Shown: positions 24,521-32,446 of the stretch, piece by piece
How positions within the stretch are numbered: position 1 is the stretch's first letter
How the letters are laid out: each line of letters opens with the position of its first letter
NCBI GenBank assembly: GCA_035686585.1
Contig: DASRZG010000048.1
Coordinates: 1-36,410 of the forward strand
Length of the DNA stretch: 36,410 nucleotides
Direction: 5' to 3'
Origin: Phycisphaerae bacterium
GTDB taxonomy: Bacteria; Planctomycetota; Phycisphaerae; SM23-33
The notes under the pieces: model-generated
Seen by the model: the letters and a program-made list of their open reading frames with translations, nothing else
Database searches by the model: none
What the model was told of the DNA's origin: nothing
Program-made: the position numbers and the translations under genes

Positions 24521-25732
24521 TTATTCGGAGATCGGTAGGTCCGCCGGGCGCCGGGCGGTCACGGAGACGATCATCGCCGCCGCCGCGGCCATGGCCAGCA
24601 GGCCGGATCCGCCGGCGGAGATAAACGGCAGCGAGATGCCCGTCGGCGGCAGCCACTTGACGTTGACGGCGATGTGCATCGCCGCCTGCAGGCCGATCAG
24701 GAACCCCAGCCCGCCCGCCAGCAGAGACCCGAAGCGGTCCGGCGACCGCATCACCGCCCGGCGGACCAGCCACAGCCAGATCAGCAGCAGCCCGATCACC
24801 AGCACCACGCCCATCACGCCCAGCTCCTCGCACAGGGGCGAAAAGATGAAGTCGGTGCTGTCCTCGGGCAGGTAATCGTACTTGGCCACGCCGCGCCCCA
24901 GCCCGGCCGGGTCCGCCCCGGAGGCGATCGAGATCAGCGCCTGCCGCGGCTGGTAGGAGGCCGGACGGGTGCTGGTCAGGGGCTCGGCGAGGGCGAGCAT
25001 CCGTTCCCACCGATGCGGCGTGCGAAAGACGAACAGGTAGAACGCCGCCGCCCCCCCGCCGGCCGGCAGCCAGAAGTGATGCAGCGGCACGCCCGCCATC
25101 CACATCAGCGCCGCCGCCGCCAGGGCGATGATCACGGCCGTGCCGAAGTCCTGCGTCACCACCAGCCCGCAGGCCACCCCCACCAGGGCGATCGCCGGCA
25201 GGAACGTCCGCCGGAAGGAGCGGATCTCAGGCCCGCGCCGCGACAGAAAGACCGCCAGGGCGATCAGCACCGCGAACTTCAGCACCTCCGAGGGCTGGAA
25301 ACCCACCGGCCCGTACCGCAGCCACCGCAGGCGCCCGCCGACCGCCTGCCCCAGGACCAGGACGCACACGGCGCCGGCCAGTGCCACGGCCAGCAGGCCC
25401 CAGGTCAGCCACAGGCGGCGATTGAAGACGGTGTAGTCCAGGCGCCACAGCGTCAGCAGGATGACCGCGGCCGCGGCGGCGAAGATCCCCTGCCGGATGT
25501 CGCGCCGGTAGTACCAGCTTACCGTCCGGGGCGGCTTTTCGGCAGCGGGAGCGGCAGCGGCGCCGTCGGCCTGGGTCTGCGAGGGAGGGCGCCTGTCGCC
25601 GCCGACCGTCGAGGCCACCATCACCACGCCCAGCGCGATCAGCGAGAGCGCCACCAGGATCAGCGCCTGCCCGGTGGGGTTGCGCCCCAGGGGCACGCGC
25701 CGGAGCCGTCCGCCGTCCATGGCGTTGTCCAT
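24521..25732 (-). CDS. ftsW: SEDS-family peptidoglycan glycosyltransferase FtsW
   Basis: It is a polytopic membrane protein. The conserved SEDS C-terminal region is present (PEDSTDFIFSPLCEELGVMGV..., GISLPFISAGGSGLL). The position upstream of murG fits. GAGGA lies 7 nt upstream of ATG 25732. Confidence 0.85.
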   Translation of the reverse strand: MDNAMDGGRLRRVPLGRNPTGQALILVALSLIALGVVMVASTVGGDRRPPSQTQADGAAAAPAAEKPPRTVSWYYRRDIRQGIFAAAAAVILLTLWRLDYTVFNRRLWLTWGLLAVALAGAVCVLVLGQAVGGRLRWLRYGPVGFQPSEVLKFAVLIALAVFLSRRGPEIRSFRRTFLPAIALVGVACGLVVTQDFGTAVIIALAAAALMWMAGVPLHHFWLPAGGGAAAFYLFVFRTPHRWERMLALAEPLTSTRPASYQPRQALISIASGADPAGLGRGVAKYDYLPEDSTDFIFSPLCEELGVMGVVLVIGLLLIWLWLVRRAVMRSPDRFGSLLAGGLGFLIGLQAAMHIAVNVKWLPPTGISLPFISAGGSGLLAMAAAAAMIVSVTARRPADLPISE

Positions 25733-25775
25733 GCATTCATCCTCAGTTTCAGCCTGTCATCCCGGGGGGCGGGAA

Positions 25776-25879
25776 AACACGAATTACACGGATTACAGCG
25801 AATTACACGAAACGAATGATGTTGTTTCTCAACAAATGCTGTCTTCGTGTAATTCGTCTTAATTCGTGCAATTCGTGTT
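25776..25879. repeat. AT-rich imperfect inverted repeat (36-nt arms, 32-nt centre); each arm is built from three ~10-nt GAATTACACG-like direct repeats
   Basis: The left arm is aacacgaattacacggattacagcgaattacacgaa (25776-25811). The right arm is ttcgtgtaattcgtcttaattcgtgcaattcgtgtt (25844-25879). By hand alignment 31 of 36 positions are complementary. The element lies between the mraY stop (25908) and the ftsW start (25732). Confidence 0.75.
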
Positions 25880-25907
25880 CCCAGGCCATCCGAACCAACA
25901 GCGCGCA

Positions 25908-27341
25908 TCAGCGCAGCGTCAGCGTCGCCACCGCCACCGCGGCGAACATCAGTCCCAGCAGCCAGAACCGCACCACCACCTTCGACTCGGCCCATCCGAG
26001 CAGGTGGAAGTGATGGTGGATCGGCGAGCAGCGGAAGATCCTCTGCCCGCCGGTCATCTTGAAGCAGCCCACCTGGAGGATCACGCTGACCGCCTCCATC
26101 ACGAAGATGCCCCCGGCGATCAGCAGCATCATCTCCTGGCGGGTGACCACGGCCACGTACCCGATCAGCCCCCCCAGCGGCAGCGACCCGGTGTCGCCCA
26201 TGAACACCTGCGCCGGCAGGCAGTTGAACCACAGGAACCCCAGGCACGCCCCGATCATGGCCGCGCACAGCACGGTCAGCTCGGCCGAGGAGGGAACGAA
26301 CGGCAGGTGGAACTGGCACGCCCACTGCGCCACGCCCGTTACCCACGTCAGCAGAAGGAACACCGCCGCCACGATCAGCATGCACCCCCCCGCCAGCCCG
26401 TCCATGCCGTCGGTGAGGTTCACCGCGTTGGACGAGCCGACCATCACCAGCACCGTCACGATCACGAACGCCGCCACCGGCAGCGCGAACGGGCCCGCGT
26501 CGATCGGCAGGAAGAAGTACTGCATCGCGCTGCCCTGCCCGCGGGCGAGCATCTCCTTGAGGTTCGCCCCGATCGGCCAGTCCGCGTCCGGCCAGAAGCA
26601 ACTGTGCTTGCCGTGATGGTGGATGAAGAACGACAGCAGCACCGCCAGGGCGATCTGGAAGAGGACCTTCTGGTAGCTCCTGAGCCCGTCTCGCGTGGGC
26701 TTGGCGTCGGCGCCGGCGGCACGCGCCAGCCGGGCGGCACGCAGCTTCAGCCAGTCGTCCACCGCGCCCAGCCCGGCCAGCCAGATCACCACCATGAAGG
26801 CCATGCGGACGTAGAAGTTGACCATGTCGGCGAACAGGTACGTGGCCACCAGGATCGCCAGGACGATCAGGATCCCGCCCATGGTGGGCGTGGCGGACTT
26901 GTGTCGGGTCAGCTCGTTCAGCTCGGCATGGTCGAACTCGGGGCGGTCTCCCAGCTTCATCCGGACCAGCCAGCGGATCGTCCGCGGGCTCAGCATCGCC
27001 ACCACCAGGAAGCTCGTCACGGCGGCGCACACCATCCGCAGCGTCAGCTTCTGCCCCCCGAACAGGGGCCAGATCGACCACCGCACCAGCAGCACGGCCC
27101 CCAGGGCGCCCAGGGCCCAGGCGGCGGCGGTGGCGGGTTTTCTCCAACGGACCGGCCAGGGGGTCGTCCGCGGGCTCAGCAGCAGCCCCATCAGGATGCT
27201 CGTCACCGCAGCGCACACGCTCGGCGGCAGCTTCTGCCCCCCGAACAGGGGCCAGATCGACCACCGCACCAGCAGCACGGCCGCCAGGGCGCCCAGGGCC
27301 CAGGCGGCGGCGGTGGCGAGTTTTCTCCAACGGTTCAGCAC
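25908..27341 (-). CDS. mraY: phospho-N-acetylmuramoyl-pentapeptide transferase, with a duplicated N-terminal membrane segment
   Basis: ATPTMGGILIV, NAVNLTDGMDGLAGG, VFMGDTGSLPLGGL and PIHHHF are MraY signatures. I place the start at GTG 27341, which overlaps the murF stop (GTGCTGA). The track ORF extends to 27941, but that stretch lies inside murF and I reject it. Confidence 0.85.
   Translation of the reverse strand: MLNRWRKLATAAAWALGALAAVLLVRWSIWPLFGGQKLPPSVCAAVTSILMGLLLSPRTTPWPVRWRKPATAAAWALGALGAVLLVRWSIWPLFGGQKLTLRMVCAAVTSFLVVAMLSPRTIRWLVRMKLGDRPEFDHAELNELTRHKSATPTMGGILIVLAILVATYLFADMVNFYVRMAFMVVIWLAGLGAVDDWLKLRAARLARAAGADAKPTRDGLRSYQKVLFQIALAVLLSFFIHHHGKHSCFWPDADWPIGANLKEMLARGQGSAMQYFFLPIDAGPFALPVAAFVIVTVLVMVGSSNAVNLTDGMDGLAGGCMLIVAAVFLLLTWVTGVAQWACQFHLPFVPSSAELTVLCAAMIGACLGFLWFNCLPAQVFMGDTGSLPLGGLIGYVAVVTRQEMMLLIAGGIFVMEAVSVILQVGCFKMTGGQRIFRCSPIHHHFHLLGWAESKVVVRFWLLGLMFAAVAVATLTLR
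26979..27333. repeat. tandem direct duplication (2 copies, period 183-186 nt) inside the mraY 5' coding region
   Basis: The copies are 26979-27150 and 27165-27333. The 106-nt cores (27045-27150 and 27228-27333) match at 104 of 106 positions by hand alignment. The remaining ~65 nt of each copy is much more diverged and carries a 3-nt indel. Confidence 0.85.
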
Positions 27342-28744
27342 GTCCGCTCCTCGACGGCGGCGCCGTCGAACGCCGCTCGAATGGGCTCCACGAGCCGCTC
27401 CATCGCCATGCCGCGCGAGCCCTTCAGCAGGACGACGTCCCCGCCGGCCAGCAGCGCCGGCAGGGCGCCGCGGGCGGCCTCGACCGACGCGATCCGCTCC
27501 GTGCGGACCGTCCCGGCCTCGGCGGCGCCGGCGGCGAGGAGCCCGCCCAGCTCTCCCACGCCCACCACCACGTCCAGCGGGGTCCGCGCCAAGTCGCGCC
27601 CGGCCTGGAAGTGAAGCCGCTCGCTGTCCGGGCCCAGCTCCAGCATGTCGCCGGCGACGAGCACCTTCCGCCGCCCGGCGAAGGACGCCAGCGACTCGGC
27701 CGCCGCCGCCAGCGAGGCGGGGTTGGCGTTGTAGGCGTCGTTGATGATGGTGACGCTGCCGGCGTGGATCGGCTCCAGGCGCATGCCCGCGCCGGCGAAG
27801 TCGGCCAGGGCGGCGGCGGCTTCGTCGACGCCGAACCCGAACCGCTGCGCCACGGCCATCGCGGCCAGGGCGTTCAGGGCGTTGTGCCGCCCGGGCGCGG
27901 GCAGGGCCGTGCGGGTCCGCCCGTTGACCTCCAACCGGCACCCGCCGGGCGCCGGCTCATAGGCGGTCAGACGCAGGTGGGCGTCGCCGGCGGCGCCGAA
28001 GCGGATCAGGCTCACGCCGCCGTACGCCCGCAGCGCCCGGGCCAGCTCGGGGCTGTCCGCCCAGACGACCGCGGCGCCGTTGGGCACAAGAGCGCCCAGC
28101 AGCGACGCCTTCTCGATCGCCACGTGCTCCAGGTCGATCAGCTTCTCCAGGTGGGCCGGGCCCACCGAGGTGATCACCGCCACGTTCGGGCGGGCGATCC
28201 GCGCCAGCGAGGCGATCTCGCCCGGGGCGTTGGAGCCCAGCTCGCAGATGACGTAGTCGTCGTCCGGCGCCACCTCAAACAGCGTCAGCGGCACGCCGAC
28301 GGCGTTGTTGTAGCTTCCGGGGCTCGCCCGGCCCCGGAGGCGGCGCGACAGGATGTGATCGATCATCCGCTTGACCGTGGTCTTGCCGTTGGAGCCGGTC
28401 ACCGCCACCACGGTCGCGGCCATCTGGCCGCGGCAGTGGCTCGCCAGCTCGCCCAGCGCCTCGGTCGTGTCCGCCACGCCGATCACCCCCCCGGCGAACC
28501 GCTTCAGCAAGTCCTGCTCCAGCGGGCTCTTCAGGTTTACCACGGCCGCGACGCAGCCGCCGGCGGCGGCGGCCGCCAGGAAATCGTGCCCGTCGAAGGA
28601 ATCGCCCTTCAGCGCGACGAACAGGCTCCCGCCCCGGACGCGCCGGGAATCGGTGCAGACTCCCTCCACGGTCACGGTCCGGGCGGGCCAGCGCCACCGG
28701 CCCCGCACCGCCAGTCGGATCTCTTCCGGGACGAGCTTCCTCAT
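27335..28744 (-). CDS. murF: UDP-N-acetylmuramoyl-tripeptide--D-alanyl-D-alanine ligase
   Basis: The Mur ligase P-loop VAVTGSNGKTT is present. The length (469 aa) and the position between murE and mraY also fit. Confidence 0.9.
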   Translation of the reverse strand: MRKLVPEEIRLAVRGRWRWPARTVTVEGVCTDSRRVRGGSLFVALKGDSFDGHDFLAAAAAGGCVAAVVNLKSPLEQDLLKRFAGGVIGVADTTEALGELASHCRGQMAATVVAVTGSNGKTTVKRMIDHILSRRLRGRASPGSYNNAVGVPLTLFEVAPDDDYVICELGSNAPGEIASLARIARPNVAVITSVGPAHLEKLIDLEHVAIEKASLLGALVPNGAAVVWADSPELARALRAYGGVSLIRFGAAGDAHLRLTAYEPAPGGCRLEVNGRTRTALPAPGRHNALNALAAMAVAQRFGFGVDEAAAALADFAGAGMRLEPIHAGSVTIINDAYNANPASLAAAAESLASFAGRRKVLVAGDMLELGPDSERLHFQAGRDLARTPLDVVVGVGELGGLLAAGAAEAGTVRTERIASVEAARGALPALLAGGDVVLLKGSRGMAMERLVEPIRAAFDGAAVEERTC

Positions 28745-28759
28745 GGTCCCTTTTCTATC

Positions 28760-30337
28760 TCAACTTCGCCTCTGGCGCAAGAGTTCTTCGGCCGTTTCCC
28801 GATCGTCGAAGTGCACCCGCCGGCTGCCGAGGATCTGGTAGTCCTCGTGTCCCTTGCCGGCGATCAGGACGACGTCGCCGCGCTCGGCCTCCTCCAGCGC
28901 CATCGCGATCGCCGCCCGCCGGTCCGGCTCGACGGCCACCTTCGGCATCACCTGCGGGTCGAACCCGCTGAGGATCTCGTCGATGATGGCGTCGGGGTCC
29001 TCGGATCGCGGGTTGTCGGAGGTCACGATCACCCGGTCCGCCCCCGCCCCCGCCACCCGGGCCATGACCGGACGCTTGGTCCGGTCCCGGTCGCCCCCGC
29101 AGCCGAAGACCAGGATCAGCCTGCCCGCCGCCTTGACCGGCGCCAGCGCCTCCAGCACGTTGGCCAGGGCGTCGTCGGTGTGCGCGTAGTCCACCAGGAC
29201 GGCGAACGGCGCGTCGCCGCCGACGCGCTGGAGCCGGCCCGGAACGGCGGCCTCTTCGGCGAGGGCGGCCGCGGACGCTTCCACGTCCACGCCCACCGCG
29301 GTCGCGGCCGCGATCGCCGCCAGGCAGTTGTAGACGTTGTGCCGGCCGATCAGCGGCGTCGTCACCGGCGTCTGCCGCTCGCCGAACCGGACCACGAACC
29401 GGCTTCCGTCCACGCCCGTCGCGGTCATCCGCGCGGACATCTGCGCCTCGCCCGACAGGCCGTACCACAGCACGGCGGCCTCGATCCCCTCGGCCATCAG
29501 GCCGGCGCGGGCGTCGTCGCGGTTGAGCACGGCCGTGGCGGACGGGGCGAGCGAGGCGAACAGTCGCCGCTTGGCGGCGGCGTATTCGTCGAATGTATGG
29601 TGGTAGTCCAGGTGGTCGCGGGTGAGGTTGGTGAACACGCCCACGGCGAAGTCGATGCCGTCGGCGCGATGCTGGTCGAGGGCGTGGGAGGAGACCTCCA
29701 TGACCGCGTGGGTCGCCCCGGCGGCGACGGCCTCGGCCATCAGCTCGGCCAGCTCGACCGGGCTGGGGGTGGTCGTGGAGGCGGGCACCGACCGGGCGAT
29801 GGTGTCGTAGGCGACGGTGCCCAGCATCGCCGGCGCGGCCCCGGCCGCACGGAGGATGTGCCGCAGCAGGTAGGCGAAGGTGGTCTTGCCGTTGGTGCCC
29901 GTCACGGCGACGGTGGTCAGGCGCCGCGCGGGCCAGCCGCAGATCGCCTGCGCCAGAGGCCCGACCGCCCGGCGGGTGTCTCCGACGACGGCATGGGGGA
30001 TGTTGGGGGGCACGGCCGTGGGATCTTCGCACACCACGGCCGAGGCCCCCGCCGCCACGGCATGGGCAATATAGGCGTGGCCGTCGGTCGCCGTGCCCCG
30101 AACGGCCACAAAGCAGTCACCTGCCTGCGCCCGGCGCGAGTCCAGGATGACCCGACGGACGTCCGCATCGCCCACGACGACCGGCCCGCCGGCATCGCCG
30201 GGGCCTTGCGGCAGGGCTTCGGTGCACAATCGCGTCAGTCGCATCCTCGTTCGCCGGCACCACAGGAGGGTAGATATCGCCGCCCGGGTTAGCGACACTC
30301 CAAGTGCCGCCAGAGCCCGGGCCGACGCTGGGATCAT
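28760..30337 (-). CDS. murE: UDP-N-acetylmuramoyl-L-alanyl-D-glutamate--2,6-diaminopimelate ligase
   Basis: The P-loop VAVTGTNGKTT is present. TSDNPRSEDP contains the DNPR motif associated with meso-DAP specificity. ATG 30337 lies 3 nt after the ftsI stop. An alternative internal ATG at 30244 (MRLTRLC...) is possible. Confidence 0.9.
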   Translation of the reverse strand: MIPASARALAALGVSLTRAAISTLLWCRRTRMRLTRLCTEALPQGPGDAGGPVVVGDADVRRVILDSRRAQAGDCFVAVRGTATDGHAYIAHAVAAGASAVVCEDPTAVPPNIPHAVVGDTRRAVGPLAQAICGWPARRLTTVAVTGTNGKTTFAYLLRHILRAAGAAPAMLGTVAYDTIARSVPASTTTPSPVELAELMAEAVAAGATHAVMEVSSHALDQHRADGIDFAVGVFTNLTRDHLDYHHTFDEYAAAKRRLFASLAPSATAVLNRDDARAGLMAEGIEAAVLWYGLSGEAQMSARMTATGVDGSRFVVRFGERQTPVTTPLIGRHNVYNCLAAIAAATAVGVDVEASAAALAEEAAVPGRLQRVGGDAPFAVLVDYAHTDDALANVLEALAPVKAAGRLILVFGCGGDRDRTKRPVMARVAGAGADRVIVTSDNPRSEDPDAIIDEILSGFDPQVMPKVAVEPDRRAAIAMALEEAERGDVVLIAGKGHEDYQILGSRRVHFDDRETAEELLRQRRS

Positions 30338-30340
30338 ATC

Positions 30341-32143
30341 TCAATCCGCCGCCCTTCCGCCAGAGGCACTGGCCACCGTCAGGAACCGGTCGGTCGGCAC
30401 GTCCAGGTACGCCAGGGACCGCCCCAGCACGTCGCGGACCACCGGGGCGGCGACGGAGCCGCCGGTGTACCCCTTGGCGTAGTCCGGCCAATACACCGAG
30501 ACCACGCAGACCAGCCGGGGCCGACTGACCGGGGCGCCCCCCACGAACGTGGCGGTGTACGCCCGCTCCGGGTAGCCCGTCCGCGTGCCGATCTGGGCGG
30601 TGCCGGTCTTGCCGAACACCTGCCAACGGTCCAGGCGGGCCTTCTTGCCCGTGCCCCGCTCGACGACCTGCACCAGCACGTCCCGGCGGAACTGCTCGGC
30701 CACCGCCTCGCTCAGCACCCGCCGGACGGGCTGGGGACCGCCGCGGTGGCTCTCCGTCCCGTCGGCGTCGACGACGCGGTCGACGATCCACGGCTTCATC
30801 AGCACCCCGCCGTTGGCGATGGCGCCGAACGCCGTCGCCAACTGGAGGGCGGTCACGGAGATCGGCCCCTGCCCGAAGGGCATCCGCCGGGTGGCGTACG
30901 ACGTCCACCGCGCCGCCGGCACCAGCGCGCCGGGGCATTCGCCGGGCAGGTCCACGCCCGTCCGCGACCCGAACCCGAACGCCCACCCCACCCGGTACAG
31001 CGAGGCGTTGCCCAGGCGCTCCCCCAGCTTGGCCATGCCGATGTTGCTGGAGTGGACCACGATCTCCCGCAGCGGGATCGTCCCGAAGTGCTCGCCCGGG
31101 AAGTCCCGGATCGTCCCGCCCCGGTAGGCGTGGTACAGGCCGTTGTGGCAGAAGAACTCCGTCCGCAGCGTCGCCTCGCCCATCTCGACGGCCCCGCAGG
31201 CGATGAAGGGCTTGAAAGAGCTTCCCGGCTCGTACGGGTCGGTCAGGGCGCGGTTGCGGACGTGGTCGCGATGCTCCCGGCGATAGGCGGGGTCGTCGAA
31301 CCGGCTCGGGTCGTAGCCGGGGGCCGAGCCGATCGCCAGCAGCGCGCCCGTCTGCGGGTCCATGACCACGCCCATCACGCTCTTGGCTTCGTACTGCCGG
31401 GCGGCCTCGGCCATGGCCTCTTCCAGGTAGCCCTGGATGACCACGTCCAGCGTCAGCAGCACGTGCTGGCCGTCGCGCGGGGGCCGGTACGACGTGACCT
31501 GGGCGTACTTGCCCCTGCGGGCGGCGTCGGTCCGCAGTTCCTTCATGCCGGGGGCGGCCCGCAGCCACCCGTCGGCCTGGAACTCCACGCCCGCCCCGCC
31601 GACGCCGTCCAGCCGCCGGTAGCCCACCACCTGGGCCGCCAGGGGCCCGTGGGGGTACCGGCGCCGCCACTCGTGGGTGACGCGGACGGCCGGCATCCGC
31701 AACTCCTCGACGGAGCGGACCTGGGCGTCGGAGACCTCCCGCGAAAGCCAGGCGAACCGCTCGAACCGGTTGCGAACCAGCGTCTCGTAGATGCCCGACG
31801 AGGGCACGCCGAGCGCCTCGCCCACCTTGTCGGCGGCGGCGACGAAGTTCTCCTCGCCCAGCAGGGCGGGATCGGCGTAGATGCTGCGGACCTGGCGCGA
31901 CCCGGCCAGCAGGACGAACCCGTCGCGGTCGCGGGCGAGGATGTTGCCCGTCTTGGCGGGCAGCTCGATCCGGCTCCGCTGCTGCCGCGCCGCCGTTTCG
32001 CCCAGGGCGTCGCCCCGGGCGACCTGGATCCACACCACCCGGCCCGCCAGCGCCGCCAGCGCGCCCGCCAGCAGGACGAAGGCGACGGTGAATCGCCACC
32101 GGGATGTCGGGGAATCACTCACAGGCGCTCCCATCTCCCGCAC
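30341..32143 (-). CDS. ftsI: class B penicillin-binding protein / peptidoglycan D,D-transpeptidase FtsI
   Basis: There is an N-terminal TM helix (FTVAFVLLAGALAALAG). The three transpeptidase motifs are present: SxxK (GSSFKPF), SxN (HSSNIG) and KTG (GKTGTAQ). The start is GTG 32143 or ATG 32134. Confidence 0.9.
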   Translation of the reverse strand: MREMGAPVSDSPTSRWRFTVAFVLLAGALAALAGRVVWIQVARGDALGETAARQQRSRIELPAKTGNILARDRDGFVLLAGSRQVRSIYADPALLGEENFVAAADKVGEALGVPSSGIYETLVRNRFERFAWLSREVSDAQVRSVEELRMPAVRVTHEWRRRYPHGPLAAQVVGYRRLDGVGGAGVEFQADGWLRAAPGMKELRTDAARRGKYAQVTSYRPPRDGQHVLLTLDVVIQGYLEEAMAEAARQYEAKSVMGVVMDPQTGALLAIGSAPGYDPSRFDDPAYRREHRDHVRNRALTDPYEPGSSFKPFIACGAVEMGEATLRTEFFCHNGLYHAYRGGTIRDFPGEHFGTIPLREIVVHSSNIGMAKLGERLGNASLYRVGWAFGFGSRTGVDLPGECPGALVPAARWTSYATRRMPFGQGPISVTALQLATAFGAIANGGVLMKPWIVDRVVDADGTESHRGGPQPVRRVLSEAVAEQFRRDVLVQVVERGTGKKARLDRWQVFGKTGTAQIGTRTGYPERAYTATFVGGAPVSRPRLVCVVSVYWPDYAKGYTGGSVAAPVVRDVLGRSLAYLDVPTDRFLTVASASGGRAAD

Positions 32144-32161
32144 GCCGGGCCCCGGGTGCGG

Positions 32162-32431
32162 TCAGTTGTTCCTGGCCAGATACTGCCGTCGCGGCTCGGC
32201 CTCCGGCGCGGCCAACTCCAGCGCCCACGCCGGCTCATCGGCGCCGATCGAGTCGGGCCGCATCGGGGCCTCCAGCTCGATCTGCTGCGCCCACAGCTGG
32301 CGCCGCACCTTCAGCCTCTCGGCCTCCAGGCGGTACGTCTCGGCCGCCGAGGCGTCTTGCGCCCGGCGCAACTGGACCACCCCCACGCCCATCGCCGTCA
32401 GGAACAGGATGACACAAACGGTTCGAAACAT
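32162..32431 (-). CDS. ftsL: FtsL-like small bitopic protein (TM helix plus coiled coil)
   Basis: The protein is 89 aa. It has an N-terminal TM helix (VCVILFLTAMGVGVV) followed by a heptad-like helix (ETYRLEAERLKVRRQLWAQQIELE). It lies immediately upstream of ftsI. The call rests on position and architecture only. Confidence 0.5.
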   Translation of the reverse strand: MFRTVCVILFLTAMGVGVVQLRRAQDASAAETYRLEAERLKVRRQLWAQQIELEAPMRPDSIGADEPAWALELAAPEAEPRRQYLARNN

Positions 32432-32446
32432 GCCGGGGGCCTTCGG

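Noticed and set aside
25776-25879. Possible CRISPR array, or a tRNA/ncRNA gene, in the mraY-ftsW spacer
   Set aside because: The repeats are only about 10 nt long, contiguous with no spacers, and arranged as an inverted triplet. There is no tRNA cloverleaf or T-loop consensus. I treat it as a palindromic element instead.
25660-27330. 556-aa minus-strand ORF containing a repeated LEKTRHRRRLGPGRPGGRAAGAVVDLAPVRGAE segment
   Set aside because: It is an alternative frame of mraY. The peptide repeat is simply the mraY tandem DNA duplication read out of frame. It crosses the mraY-ftsW spacer and overlaps ftsW.
27342-27941. N-terminal 200 codons of the track's 677-aa mraY ORF
   Set aside because: This stretch lies entirely inside murF in another frame and is Arg/Gly/Pro-rich. 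A GTG at 27341 overlapping the murF stop gives a sensible MraY start.
27611-30292. 893-aa plus-strand ORF over murF/murE, plus similar ORFs at 30746..33490, 32976..34850, 19792..21726, 21209..23227, 23387..24538 and 24674..25819
   Set aside because: All lie antisense to dcw genes that have clear catalytic motifs. They cross gene boundaries and have shadow-frame composition.
30244-30337. Shorter murE beginning at ATG 30244 (MRLTRLC...)
   Set aside because: This is plausible by alignment to typical MurE N-termini. However, the only SD-like GAGG abuts the ATG with no spacing, whereas ATG 30337 sits 3 nt after the ftsI stop, the usual coupling in this operon. I kept the longer model and noted the alternative.
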